Shown piece after piece: positions 1 to 9,706 of a stretch of DNA of 48,382 bases. Location: contig CAYTYO010000002.1 in NCBI GenBank assembly GCA_964441445.1, forward strand, positions 1 to 48,382. The letters run 5' to 3'. The position numbers and the translations under genes are program-made. Below the pieces are notes generated by a model. The model did not search any database. It was not told the DNA's origin and saw nothing but the letters and a program-made list of their open reading frames with translations. This DNA is from an uncultured Gammaproteobacteria bacterium (GTDB lineage Bacteria; Patescibacteriota; Microgenomatia; CAZETR01; Amesbacteraceae). Positions within the stretch are counted from its first letter, which is position 1; each line of letters starts with the position of its first letter.

Positions 1-77
1 GATAAACGTCGATAAATAGACATTTTCACAAATAATTGTTTTCACATCGGCAGGGGAGAGGGGACTATCAAAAATAA

Positions 78-1049
78 TTAGTCTTTAACTGGGTGAAATT
101 TATGGTGTGTTTCTTCAGCAAACTTATCTGAAGCATGTACATACCTTGTTGTCGTATCAAGCGATTCGTGACCTAAAAGCACCTGAATAGCTGCCGGATT
201 TGCACCGGACTCGGCTAAGTAAGTCGCAAATCCATGTCGCAAACTGTGTGCTGATGTGGGCACATTTATTCTTAATTTCTCCCGATAATACTTAATTTTT
301 GCCTGTAAGTAGTTTGTGGATATCCTTCGGGTTATTTTCCCCCCGTTCAAGCCTCTTTGCGGCACAAACATTGCCGGAGCGGCATCTTGCCGCATAGCTA
401 AATATTTCTCCAGCCAGCGTACCGCCCGCTCAGTCAGATATACAAACCGTTCCTTTTTACCTTTACCGCGTATAAACAGTCTTCCGGAACCATCCAGCTG
501 GGTTTTATTCAAAGATACCAGTTCCGAGATACGCATTCCTGTCGACAAAAGCACTTCCAACATTACCCGGTTTCGCAGTCCGATAATTTCATCTTTCTCC
601 AAACGTTGCGGAGACTCCACTAACTTAACCAATTCTGAAAGTTCAGCGACTTGCTTAGTTTTTTTGGGTGCCTTAACCATCTTGATCGCGTCAGGAGGTA
701 ACGGCACCTTCTGGTCTATATCGATAAGATACCTTAAATATGTCCGAATGGACGACAAACACCTATTTACTGAGCCTGGCTCGAGGCTATGAGGCGCTGT
801 AAGGCGCGTAAACGGCTGTTTCCGGTCTCTGCTGACCAACCATGCCTTAAACCGGTTAAACATCTGCTTATTAAGGTCCTTGTAGTGCAGTTTTTCATCA
901 TCCAGGAAATTTATAAGATACACCAAATCCCGTTCATAATTGTATAAAGTTTCTTCGGCATAATTTTGGGTCTTCAGATATAGAAGGAAGTCGTCAAAGT
1001 AGGGTAAAGCCGGTTTCTTATGTGGGGCAGGTGTACTTGTAGGCATCAC
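78..1049 (-). CDS. Tyrosine-type site-specific recombinase (XerC/XerD-like integrase)
   Basis: 323-aa ORF. N-terminal SAM-like core-binding region (FLLYLKTQNYAEETLYNYERDL). C-terminal catalytic signature TGMRISEL ... HSLRHGFATYLAESG ... LLGHESLDTTTRYVH (R, HxxR, H, Y). Confidence 0.9.
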   Translation of the reverse strand: MMPTSTPAPHKKPALPYFDDFLLYLKTQNYAEETLYNYERDLVYLINFLDDEKLHYKDLNKQMFNRFKAWLVSRDRKQPFTRLTAPHSLEPGSVNRCLSSIRTYLRYLIDIDQKVPLPPDAIKMVKAPKKTKQVAELSELVKLVESPQRLEKDEIIGLRNRVMLEVLLSTGMRISELVSLNKTQLDGSGRLFIRGKGKKERFVYLTERAVRWLEKYLAMRQDAAPAMFVPQRGLNGGKITRRISTNYLQAKIKYYREKLRINVPTSAHSLRHGFATYLAESGANPAAIQVLLGHESLDTTTRYVHASDKFAEETHHKFHPVKD

Positions 1050-1200
1050 ACTTATTGTAAATCAATATTGATAAGACACCAGGTCTTCTCCATACGTAGT
1101 AAACCGAGTGTTAGAGATATTATACTCAGTTATTTAAATATGTAAATACCTGGTATGTAACCCAACGGGGAAGGGTCCGTAAACCGTCTCCACCATTTTG

Positions 1201-1490
1201 GTACAACATGTTAATTAATTCGTCATTGTTTTGTACTCTTCTCCTCCTCCTTATACTTATATTTGAGGCAATAGCACCAGTCCTCCGAGGACTTAGCACT
1301 TATCCACATCTCCTGATATCTTGTAGTGTAAACATTTATGTATCAAACTATATCATTTGAGGCTATACATCGCGATATTCTTAGTCCTATAAAGTGTAAA
1401 TTCGTGAAAACTACTCCTCTACCCGTGTGAAAACATATCCTATAATTAATTGCGTAAGGTTTGTCCTCACTCCTCCACTCTTATACTACT
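1201..1490 (-). repeat. Two imperfect ~60-nt direct repeat units (1201-1260 and 1425-1490) in an AT-rich spacer
   Basis: Read on the minus strand, both units share the ordered blocks AGTATAAG / GGAGGAG / ACAAA / ACG / AATTAATTA / ATGTT, about 228 nt apart. Only 3-27 codon ORFs follow them. Confidence 0.4.
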
Positions 1491-1506
1491 GACAAAGAAA
1501 TGACTT

Positions 1507-1740
1507 CTAGTGATTTGTCCAATCATCAGAATAATCCGGCCATTTAGAAGTATCGGGGCTACTGGATCCTCCATTATTTCCTCCTGCTCCCGCCCCCTTC
1601 GTTCGTGGAGTATCCTGGACCCAAACTTTTCTTTCTTTTATGTTTCCGCCACCATCAACATATCGTTCCGTTTCCCAATGCCCATATCCCCCTTCCTGGT
1701 TGTTCCATACACGAGGACCACTCAAATCTTCTGTAGCCAT
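1507..1740 (-). CDS. Hypothetical small Gly-rich protein (77 aa)
   Basis: ORF only, starting 16 nt downstream of the upstream membrane-protein gene on the same strand. No recognisable motif. Confidence 0.4.
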   Translation of the reverse strand: MATEDLSGPRVWNNQEGGYGHWETERYVDGGGNIKERKVWVQDTPRTKGAGAGGNNGGSSSPDTSKWPDYSDDWTNH

Positions 1741-1755
1741 ACCAGCATTATACGC

Positions 1756-2526
1756 TTACACTCCCCACCCAACCGTAGCTAACATTGTGATTGTCACGGC
1801 TATTCCTACAGTCACGTACTCCCCTACAGTCCGGCCAAATAACCGATCCGCAAACTGATGTTGGGCAATTCCTAAAAACGCATACAGTACCGTCGACAAA
1901 AATAATGACGACACTGAAATACTCACCGGTAAGAATGTAATCGACATGGCAATTATTCCCATAAATATGGCCATCCACACACTGTAGCTTGCTACCCTGG
2001 AAGAAATTTTCGGCAACAACTCCACCGACCATAGAGCTGGCAGTAATAACAAAAAACTAGCTATCGCAACCGACAAACCGATAAATGGGAAAAACATCCG
2101 AAACGAAAAGATTGTATCGAACAGAAAAAAACCCGTAACCAGACACATTACAAATCCTACTGCCGAAGCTGCCCTAAACAAGGCAATTGTCCGGATTGCC
2201 GCTACTGAGAAGATATTCGCAGTCAGCAGTAACGCATACTGCCCGACAGCAAAAACCAGAGCAATTACCAGCCTTGCCCACCAGGCTGCGGGCAAGAGAA
2301 TATAAAACATGCCCACTGCAATCGTAAACAAAACCGAAGGCAATATCGAAGTCACCCACTCGATTCCGTTTAATCCCTCTTTTAGAGCCCAGCCCGAGAA
2401 CAGCCACGAAGCCAAGCCTAAACCACCAATCAAAATATATCGAATTTCCAAAGGCAACGACTGTACTCCGACAAGTCCGATTGACAAAAGCAAAGCTGAT
2501 AAGACCATTTTCTGCCTTTTTCTCAT
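1756..2526 (-). CDS. Polytopic integral membrane protein, unknown function
   Basis: 256-aa ORF with about 7-8 hydrophobic helices across its length. Antisense ORFs in the same span are low complexity. Confidence 0.75.
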   Translation of the reverse strand: MRKRQKMVLSALLLSIGLVGVQSLPLEIRYILIGGLGLASWLFSGWALKEGLNGIEWVTSILPSVLFTIAVGMFYILLPAAWWARLVIALVFAVGQYALLLTANIFSVAAIRTIALFRAASAVGFVMCLVTGFFLFDTIFSFRMFFPFIGLSVAIASFLLLLPALWSVELLPKISSRVASYSVWMAIFMGIIAMSITFLPVSISVSSLFLSTVLYAFLGIAQHQFADRLFGRTVGEYVTVGIAVTITMLATVGWGV

Positions 2527-2538
2527 AATATATTCAAC

Positions 2539-3273
2539 TTAAAGCGCTCCTCCATAATTAGTCCACACCTTCGAAATATCATCTAACTCCTCCAAGTTTT
2601 CCAACGCCGCTTCAATCCCCCCTCTCACTCCTGCATCAGCCACTTCGACAGTGGTCTCAGGCTTCATCACAATCTCCGCGGATACCACTACAAATCCTCC
2701 CGCTTCTAGTTTATTTTTTACCTCATATGTCGCGTCTTTAGCGCAGTATACAGCCAATTTATCCCCATCCAGCTCTAAATCACTAGCCCCGGCATCGATG
2801 GCTACCAGTTCCGCTTCATCACCATCCTTGCCGTTGAGGTCAATCCAAATCTCGCCCTCATGTGCAAACATGTGAGCCACCGCACCGGATCTGGCTAATG
2901 TCCCTCCGGCTTTCTCCAATACCAGCCTTACCTGTTGAGCAGTTCTTGCCCGATTATCGGTAATGCCCTCCATCACCACAGCACAACCTTCCGGTAAAAA
3001 TCCTTCGTATACTACTTCTTCTAAGTTTGAACCTGATCCTGACCCCGTCCCCTTCTCTATTGCCCTGGCAATATTTTCCTTCGGCATATTGTATTGCCGG
3101 GCCTTATCCACAGCCAATCTCAATTTAAAATTCTTCTCCGGATCAGTTATTCCCCCGCCCTGCTTCACTGCCATCGTAATATTCATTGCCAGTTTAGTAA
3201 ACGCCGCCCCTTTTTTGGCGTCTTTTATTCCTTTAGCACGATGAATTGTGGCCCATTTAGAATGCCCGGACAT
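2539..3273 (-). CDS. yebC: YebC/PmpR family DNA-binding transcriptional regulator
   Basis: Canonical N-terminus MSGHSKWATIHRAKGIKDAKKG and NFKLRLAVDKARQYNMPKENIARAIEKG. The start is set at the internal ATG (3273) rather than the track start at 3327. Confidence 0.93.
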   Translation of the reverse strand: MSGHSKWATIHRAKGIKDAKKGAAFTKLAMNITMAVKQGGGITDPEKNFKLRLAVDKARQYNMPKENIARAIEKGTGSGSGSNLEEVVYEGFLPEGCAVVMEGITDNRARTAQQVRLVLEKAGGTLARSGAVAHMFAHEGEIWIDLNGKDGDEAELVAIDAGASDLELDGDKLAVYCAKDATYEVKNKLEAGGFVVVSAEIVMKPETTVEVADAGVRGGIEAALENLEELDDISKVWTNYGGAL

Positions 3274-3344
3274 GTTTTCAAAAGATTTTACTCTATATCT
3301 CTGCAGTTGACATCCTCTTGACAACATTTATACTCAACACCTGT

Positions 3345-4151
3345 ATGACAACCAATCCCGCAGACATTGCTAATACAGCGATAGACGCCGCTCTCAAACA
3401 CGACTGGAAAAAGGCCGCCAGCCTCAACCTTCAGCTGCTTAGAATCAATTCCAAAGACACCGATGCGTTAAATAGACTTGGAAAAGCCTACCTTCAACAG
3501 GGCCTGAAAACAAAATCCGAAGAAACATACAAAAAAACCTTAAAAATAGACAAATTTAATTCAATTGCCACCAAGGCTCTGGAACTTATCAAAACCTACA
3601 AAGTTGAACGTGGTGTCGCTCCCATCATCCCCACGTCCGCCTCTCCCATGTTTTTAGAAGAACCGGGCACGACCAAAAACGTTAACCTCGCCCGTATTGG
3701 TGACGTTCATGTTCTTTCCCGCCTTCAACCTGGCGACGAAGTTTTTTTGGCTCCGCGCGAGCATTGTGTTGCGGTAATTAATTCTCACCAGGAAAACATC
3801 GGCCGGCTTCCAGACGACTTGGCCTCAAGACTGCTTCCTTTTCTCAAAGCCGGCAACACCTACCAAGCCTGGGTAAAATCGGTTGATATTCACTCCACAA
3901 ATCACATCAAACAAGGTGTCCGTATTTTTATCCGTGAACTTCAGCGAGCCCGAAAATTTAGCCACATCGCTTCCTTCCCTTCCACCGAAAAACTTACCTA
4001 TGCTGCCTTTACTCCTCCGGAACTTGTTCACACTGAAAAACCCGATATTTCAACCCCGGAAGAGGACAATGAAAGCTTTAGCCCCTCAGACGACTCTTTT
4101 GACGAATCCGAACAGGAAAAACTTTCCCCTGTGCCTCAGGACAACGATTAA
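3345..4151 (+). CDS. TPR-repeat protein with HIRAN-like central domain and acidic tail
   Basis: N-terminal TPR-like repeats (DALNRLGKAYLQQGLKTKSEETYKKTLKID). The central segment LQPGDEVFLAPREHCVAVINSHQENIGRLPDDLASRLLPFLKAGNTYQAWV resembles a HIRAN domain. ATG at 3345 is preferred over TTG at 3318. Confidence 0.7.
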   Translation: MTTNPADIANTAIDAALKHDWKKAASLNLQLLRINSKDTDALNRLGKAYLQQGLKTKSEETYKKTLKIDKFNSIATKALELIKTYKVERGVAPIIPTSASPMFLEEPGTTKNVNLARIGDVHVLSRLQPGDEVFLAPREHCVAVINSHQENIGRLPDDLASRLLPFLKAGNTYQAWVKSVDIHSTNHIKQGVRIFIRELQRARKFSHIASFPSTEKLTYAAFTPPELVHTEKPDISTPEEDNESFSPSDDSFDESEQEKLSPVPQDND

Positions 4152-4975
4152 TCTCCCCAACTTTCAAATTTTTTCCCGACAATCAATTTCAATTCGTTGG
4201 TATCCAGGTTATCCGCTGTAGCAAATTCGCAACTGAAATTATTTTGCAGCCAAGTTAGCCCCAAACTTTCTTTCTGTTCCAGCCTCCCCTCCACCCGACA
4301 ACTTTGCGGCGTATCAGCTCCTTGTGCCAAGGCAATAACTTTATACCCGGCAGCCTCGGCAATGCGTGCCACTTTAGCCCCCAAGCCTGAAACGCTTGTA
4401 GTATTAATTACTGATAATTTCCATCCCTCAGCCGCAATTGCCGAGGAAAAAAATATCTCCTCAGCCTTTTGTTTCCAAGCCGAAGATAAGTGAAAAACAT
4501 TTAGTCCGTCCGGTGCCACCTTTTGTGTTAGCCAAACTGAACCTGCCATTTTTACCTCCTTAGTTTCTTTTCCCCATTGCAGTGTCATCCAACTTAAAGT
4601 ATCCCAAAATCCCATATGTCCGCTCACTCCTGTCAGTCCCACTCCCAAAAAAGCCGACACCGAATCTGCCGCCCAGTCCACCCCATACTTTTTTGCAAGC
4701 TCCGGCATAGCCCTGGCCGCCCATACCCCCTTACCAATGGTTGATACTTCTAAATCATCCGGCACCACAAGTTTTAAAATTTGAGTATCACCTCGCTCCA
4801 TTGTCCAGATCACCACCGGATTTGCTAATTCAAGCACTGTAAATCTGCTTCTGCCGTCCCAACTTCTTTTTACAAAACCAGACCACAGCTCCACCGCACC
4901 CGCGGCTGCAGCCAGCACTACCACTCCCAAGACAATTGCCGCCAAACCCATCCGTGACTGCTTTCTCATAGCCAC
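4148..4975 (-). CDS. Membrane-anchored LytR_C domain protein
   Basis: N-terminal TM anchor. The C-terminal KLSVINTTSVSGLGAKVARIAEAAGYKVIALAQ matches the LytR cell-envelope regulator C-terminal domain pattern. Confidence 0.7.
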   Translation of the reverse strand: MAMRKQSRMGLAAIVLGVVVLAAAAGAVELWSGFVKRSWDGRSRFTVLELANPVVIWTMERGDTQILKLVVPDDLEVSTIGKGVWAARAMPELAKKYGVDWAADSVSAFLGVGLTGVSGHMGFWDTLSWMTLQWGKETKEVKMAGSVWLTQKVAPDGLNVFHLSSAWKQKAEEIFFSSAIAAEGWKLSVINTTSVSGLGAKVARIAEAAGYKVIALAQGADTPQSCRVEGRLEQKESLGLTWLQNNFSCEFATADNLDTNELKLIVGKKFESWGD

Positions 4976-6675
4976 CCGGTCCCAATCCCGCCCGACCGTC
5001 TTTTCTTTACCAGATAATCCTTTAGTTTGTCACCAGCTCCGTAGTGTTCAATCATGTGGCTCAACAAATCTCCTCCTAAACTGTGTGGCACCAACACATA
5101 GTCAGCTCCCAATTCATACAACCTGTCTGCATCAATTTGATCGCTGGCGGTTACCACGACCAAGCCGGCCGTTTTGTTCTTTGTATTTTTACGTAAACTA
5201 TTCAGACCTTTCAATAAATGTATATTGTCGGTTAAGTCGGGCACGGTCGAAATTATTATCGCTGCTTCATGTACGCCCAAATTGTCATATAGTTCATGAT
5301 CCGACATATCCCCATAAACAGCATTTGCTCCTTCCTGTTTTAACCGTTCAACTACTTCCGGATTGAAATCTACCACCACTACATCAGAGATTATTTTTTC
5401 TAAAGCCGGCCGAATCCGGCTCCCCACTCGGTTATGTCCGAACAATATCGCGTGACCGATGTACTTTTTCAAAACTGATATTCGGTCTCTCCCCACACCT
5501 TTTCTTTCAAAGAAACCTATTTTCCCGCGGATTGCGTCGTATAGTCTGTTAGCGTGCAGGATCATGTAAGTAGACCCTGACATCGTCACTAAGGCAACTA
5601 TAGTCATCATGGATACAATGCTTCGGTCAATCTGCCCCAGCGCCGCGGCATTGGCTAAAATTATTAATGAAAATTCCGATATCTGAGCAACAGCCATACT
5701 GGCCAAAAAATATGTCCTTCGCCCAAATCCTAAAGCACCTAAAATCGCCATAACTATCAGCGGATTTCCGATCAGTACATAGGCTGAAAACAACACTATC
5801 GGCCCGACCAATGCTGCTACACTTCCCCAATGAAAGCTCGCCCCGAGGTACACGAAAAACCAGGTCAGAAAAAAATCTCTCAGCGGCCTGACCCTGGCCA
5901 TTATTTGTGCCTGCTCTGCCACATTCGCCAGGGCTAACCCGGCGAGTAAACCCCCGATTTCAGCTGAAAACCCAATACGTGAGCTGGAAACTACTGCCGC
6001 CACACACAAACACCACCCGAGCGAGGTAATGAATAATAACTCTGAGGATTTAGCTAACTGGTCAACCAGCCTGGACATCACTTTCCCAGATAATGCCACA
6101 GCCAGCATTACCATAACTGTTCCTTTAACCAACACCCACCCTAAATCCACAATATTCACTCCCTCCGTTGCCATTCCGGACAGCACTACCAAAAGTCCCA
6201 CCGCCACAAAATCCTGCACTAATAAATAGCCAATCGCGATTTTTCCCGGCAGACTTTGCAGATCGCCCTTTTCCGACAAAAGTTTAACCATCATAATGGT
6301 ACTACCGAAAGTTAAACCTACTCCGATGTATATTGAGGTCAACTGATTAAATCCCAACCATTGGGCCAACCCAAAACCCAAAATTGAAGTCACGACAATC
6401 TGCCCGATACCGGTTATCGTCGCCACCCTACCCATCTTTTTCAGCTCCGACAGTGGCAATTCCAGCCCGGTAAGAAACAGCAATAGGGTCACTCCCAGCT
6501 TCCCCATCACCGCTACCATCCCCTCAATTGGCCCCAAAAATGCACTTCCGAATATCGACAACACCATCCCCGAAACAATATATCCGATTAAAGGCGGCTG
6601 CCGCAAAACCCGGGCAGCCATTCCGCCCACGGCCGCCAAACCCATTATTAAAGCTAATTGGGCAAATACATCCAT
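4966..6675 (-). CDS. Cation:proton antiporter (CPA2, Kef-type) with C-terminal TrkA-N/RCK domain
   Basis: 569 aa. About 12 TM helices start at MDVFAQLALIMGLAAVGGMAARVLRQPPLIGYIVSGMVL. A Rossmann-like soluble domain follows (AILFGHNRVGSRI ... VVVDFNPE). Confidence 0.9.
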   Translation of the reverse strand: MDVFAQLALIMGLAAVGGMAARVLRQPPLIGYIVSGMVLSIFGSAFLGPIEGMVAVMGKLGVTLLLFLTGLELPLSELKKMGRVATITGIGQIVVTSILGFGLAQWLGFNQLTSIYIGVGLTFGSTIMMVKLLSEKGDLQSLPGKIAIGYLLVQDFVAVGLLVVLSGMATEGVNIVDLGWVLVKGTVMVMLAVALSGKVMSRLVDQLAKSSELLFITSLGWCLCVAAVVSSSRIGFSAEIGGLLAGLALANVAEQAQIMARVRPLRDFFLTWFFVYLGASFHWGSVAALVGPIVLFSAYVLIGNPLIVMAILGALGFGRRTYFLASMAVAQISEFSLIILANAAALGQIDRSIVSMMTIVALVTMSGSTYMILHANRLYDAIRGKIGFFERKGVGRDRISVLKKYIGHAILFGHNRVGSRIRPALEKIISDVVVVDFNPEVVERLKQEGANAVYGDMSDHELYDNLGVHEAAIIISTVPDLTDNIHLLKGLNSLRKNTKNKTAGLVVVTASDQIDADRLYELGADYVLVPHSLGGDLLSHMIEHYGAGDKLKDYLVKKRRSGGIGTGWL

Positions 6676-6696
6676 AACCGACTTAAAGTCTACCTA

Positions 6697-7407
6697 CTAG
6701 TGTATCAGTTTTTGACTAACTTCTTCCAGCTCCCGGGGTAATTTTGTCTCACATGTCATCTCGCTTCCGCTCATCGGATGCATAAAACGTATCACTTGAG
6801 CGTGTAGAAACATCCTCGGACACCAGGTCCGGTCAGCCGCCAATATTTTCCGTCCGGTATATAACACATCTCCCACAATCGGATGCCCTAAATGCTTTAA
6901 ATGCACCCGCAGCTGATGTGTCCGTCCTGTCATTGGGAAAAGCCGCACTAAAGTTAGTCTTTCCGGCCCGCTATACTCGTCTTCCACCCTCCATTCCGTT
7001 ATAGCCGCCTTCCCGGGCGTTCCACCCACAGTAAACTTCCCCCAGGACTTAGGATGGCGCATGATCGGCTCACTTATTATTCCGGTTTTTTCTCTAAGTA
7101 TTCCGTGCACCAATGCCAAATACTCTTTTTTTACTTTCCGATCCATAAACTGTGACTTTAATATCTCATAAGCCGCAGCTGTTTTTGCAAGTATCATCAA
7201 CCCGCTGGTGTCCTTATCCAATCTGTGCACCACTCCCCCTTTTTGCCCGAACTCTAAATCCAGATTACTATTAATATCCGGGTTTCGTTTAACAAACCAA
7301 TCCTGCAGTGTTTGTTGTTGGCTGGTAACAGAATTATTCACCACCATTCCTGCCGGTTTATTTACAACCATCAACTCACCGTCCTCGTACACTATCTCAG
7401 GTTCCAT
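6697..7407 (-). CDS. RluA-family pseudouridine synthase (no S4 domain)
   Basis: Catalytic motif VHRLDKDTSGLMILAKT and the conserved GRTHQLRVHL block. Confidence 0.9.
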   Translation of the reverse strand: MEPEIVYEDGELMVVNKPAGMVVNNSVTSQQQTLQDWFVKRNPDINSNLDLEFGQKGGVVHRLDKDTSGLMILAKTAAAYEILKSQFMDRKVKKEYLALVHGILREKTGIISEPIMRHPKSWGKFTVGGTPGKAAITEWRVEDEYSGPERLTLVRLFPMTGRTHQLRVHLKHLGHPIVGDVLYTGRKILAADRTWCPRMFLHAQVIRFMHPMSGSEMTCETKLPRELEEVSQKLIH

Positions 7408-7425
7408 AAAACTTTGTTAAGGCGG

Positions 7426-7827
7426 TTATTTTTCCCTTTTTCGTTCGCACGAAACACAAATTGTCGTCTCCGGCATAATCATCAATCTGTCGGTATCAAT
7501 CATCTTTCCGCATTTTTCGCAAATACCGTATTTACCCAACTTTATGCGGGTCAAAGCTTTTTTAATCTGAATGGAGCTCTTGTCTACCAACTGTTTCAAA
7601 GCCGATACCTGCATGTGCCCGACCCTTTCCGCTGCATCCGCATCAATGGCCGCATTATCATCCAGCCTGGCCTTGTCCTCAAACGGGTCCTCCCGCGTCA
7701 GTTCCTTTTTCCGCTTCTCCAACCCGAATAATTTATTAGCCAAGTAATCCCGCACGGGTCTTAAGACCTCCATCGGATACTCAATTACATTGCTCTTTTG
7801 CTTATTTTCTTTCGCTACCTTTTTCAT
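7426..7827 (-). CDS. DksA/TraR-family C4 zinc-finger protein
   Basis: Coiled-coil N-terminal part and C-terminal CEKCGKMI ... CVSCERK four-Cys finger. Confidence 0.85.
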   Translation of the reverse strand: MKKVAKENKQKSNVIEYPMEVLRPVRDYLANKLFGLEKRKKELTREDPFEDKARLDDNAAIDADAAERVGHMQVSALKQLVDKSSIQIKKALTRIKLGKYGICEKCGKMIDTDRLMIMPETTICVSCERKREK

Positions 7828-8528
7828 GTCTTTCGTTTAGACATTTTAACATTTAAATGAAACTCATTGCCACCCCGAAGATACATGATCACCAGGCAAA
7901 TTGCTATCACCCAGGCAGCAATTGTCTGGCTTAATGTCAGCCCCCACCAATAAACTCGTACCGGATTAATAATCGCAGCCACAATTTCATATACAGCAAA
8001 TGCCAGTACTGAAAAAAGACCGACTATTCCGTCTTTTCCACTTGGGTACCATCTGAACTTACGATAGTTCTTCCTTACTATCCAGGTGACCATGATCGCG
8101 GCAAACGATCCGGCCAACGCAAACCTGGCTCCAAAACCGTAAAATATGCTTCCCCAAAACCACAGCCACAAACCAAACAGTGCTGACCAGTCAAACAATT
8201 CCCAAAAATCCCATTTATTCATCGTGCACCATCTGCGTAAAGCCCACCAGCCACCGATAACTATGCCCCAGGCTGAAAGTCCGGGCAGTCTACCAGTTTC
8301 AATTACGCTGCCGATCAGGCACCCGACTGTCAAACCGAAAACCAGGTTTAACGTAAATCCGAATATCTCATCACTTGTAAAATCACTTCTCATTTTCCGC
8401 CATATCGAAAAACTGGAAATGACTAACGCCGATATTAAATAAATCCCCCACCAGGTAACCTTTAGACCTCCTATATTGATTAATTCTGGCCACATACTCG
8501 TCCTCGAGTATACATTATCCACCTCCAT
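7824..8528 (-). CDS. Integral membrane protein, weakly Lgt-like (prolipoprotein diacylglyceryl transferase-like N-terminus)
   Basis: The N-terminus IGGLKVTWWGIYLISALVISSFSIWRKMR resembles the Lgt start. I could not find the Lgt GRxGNFxNxE signature, so the function call is weak. 4-nt overlap with the downstream gene. Confidence 0.5.
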   Translation of the reverse strand: MEVDNVYSRTSMWPELINIGGLKVTWWGIYLISALVISSFSIWRKMRSDFTSDEIFGFTLNLVFGLTVGCLIGSVIETGRLPGLSAWGIVIGGWWALRRWCTMNKWDFWELFDWSALFGLWLWFWGSIFYGFGARFALAGSFAAIMVTWIVRKNYRKFRWYPSGKDGIVGLFSVLAFAVYEIVAAIINPVRVYWWGLTLSQTIAAWVIAICLVIMYLRGGNEFHLNVKMSKRKT

Positions 8529-8610
8529 TACCTTCTTGAGAACTCCTCAAAACTTCAACTTACCTCTTTCCATCAGCTATAATACGAAGGCGCTAATAAA
8601 GTTAAATATT

Positions 8611-8695
8611 GGGCAAGTGGCGGAATGGCAGACGCGCAGGTCTCAAAAACCTGTGGGCCTTAAAGCCCGTGTGGGTTCGACTCCCACCTTGCCCA
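8611..8695 (+). tRNA. tRNA-Leu (anticodon CAA), class II with long variable arm
   Basis: Acceptor GGGCAAG pairs with CTTGCCC, discriminator A. Anticodon stem CAGGT/ACCTG with loop CTCAAAA. Variable arm TGGGCCTTAAAGCCCGT. T arm GTGGGTTCGACTCCCAC. No encoded CCA. Confidence 0.93.
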
Positions 8696-8754
8696 CAAAT
8701 TTTTTCTTTGCATTTTTTGCAATGTGACACTTCAAATGCTTACAATATATTGAC

Positions 8755-9486
8755 ATGAATGCTTTTCAAATAAATAGCTCTCAGGAAAATAGCAGCGCGC
8801 CAAATATATCCGCTTCAAATGAGCCCTCTCACCGCACTGGACCCTTGCCAATAGTTGTTGGTGTCACACTTTTAGTAATCGCTTTAGCGTCTGGTTTTTA
8901 CTACAAAAGTCAAAAACCTGCCGCTTCAATTCTCACGGATTCTACCTCCACTTCTGCGGCTCCCACCCCCGAAGATGAAATTTATCCCCCGGTTACCGGT
9001 GCCATCGTCTCACCTTCGCCCACCTCATTAAATTATTCGGTCCCCGCCAATTGGAAAAAAACTTTCTTACCCAATCATTCCATTACTGTGTGTCTTCCCC
9101 CTAAATGGGAACTGGATCAATGGGGCGGCATCTTCTTTAATCGCGACGCCCGATATCAACCCAACATCACCTACCTTCAGAACCTTCCTTTCACATCAGG
9201 TACACAGCAAGATGCGTATTTTCAATATTGGCAATCCGAATACCCTCAAATTAGCTCCCTGGTCTCGTTTCAGGAAACAATCCTCGGCAATAACACTGTC
9301 CTGACAGTTCTTCCTGCCGATACATCCGAACCCAAATCGGCTCCTGACGGTGGCTTGGCAGTGATCTGGTTTGCAAACGGTAAACTCTGGAAAGCCGGGC
9401 TTAGCAATTGGAATATGGTCAATCCGTCACAAACAGCTTTCCTTAAAGATTTTTACACCGCCATCAGCTGTAGTTTCACCGATTAA
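8755..9486 (+). CDS. Hypothetical membrane-anchored extracytoplasmic protein
   Basis: 243-aa ORF with a single TM (LPIVVGVTLLVIALASGFYY), then a Ser/Thr/Pro linker and a globular part. No known motif. Confidence 0.6.
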   Translation: MNAFQINSSQENSSAPNISASNEPSHRTGPLPIVVGVTLLVIALASGFYYKSQKPAASILTDSTSTSAAPTPEDEIYPPVTGAIVSPSPTSLNYSVPANWKKTFLPNHSITVCLPPKWELDQWGGIFFNRDARYQPNITYLQNLPFTSGTQQDAYFQYWQSEYPQISSLVSFQETILGNNTVLTVLPADTSEPKSAPDGGLAVIWFANGKLWKAGLSNWNMVNPSQTAFLKDFYTAISCSFTD

Positions 9487-9706
9487 AAAATTTGCACTTG
9501 ACAGAACTATCCCTGTCTCCTCATACTGTACTAACAGTGACAAAACACAACCGCGACATAGCCAGATACAGGGTTTGGGGATTGGTAATCATCATTGCAG
9601 CTTTATTCTTTCTTTCTTTTTCACTTCTTCTCTTCCAAGAACAAATGCAATTGGCTGCTAGGTCGCAACAGTTACTTGTAAGTCCCCGTTAATTATTTTT
9701 TAACTC

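Noticed and set aside
1100-1200. A dif-like site (TTATTTAAAT with an upstream AT-rich arm) and RNase P-like strings (GGGGAAGGGTCCG, GTAAACCGTCTCCACC) next to the recombinase.
   Set aside because: Only one arm loosely resembles dif and there is no convincing palindromic partner. The two RNase P-like strings are about 20 nt apart rather than in their proper context, and no P4 or other helices could be built.
9492-9692. 66-aa ORF with one hydrophobic segment in the 9487-9834 gap.
   Set aside because: It has a TTG start with no ribosome-binding site, and its hydrophobic stretch derives from a CT-rich low-complexity tract. There is not enough support to call it a gene.
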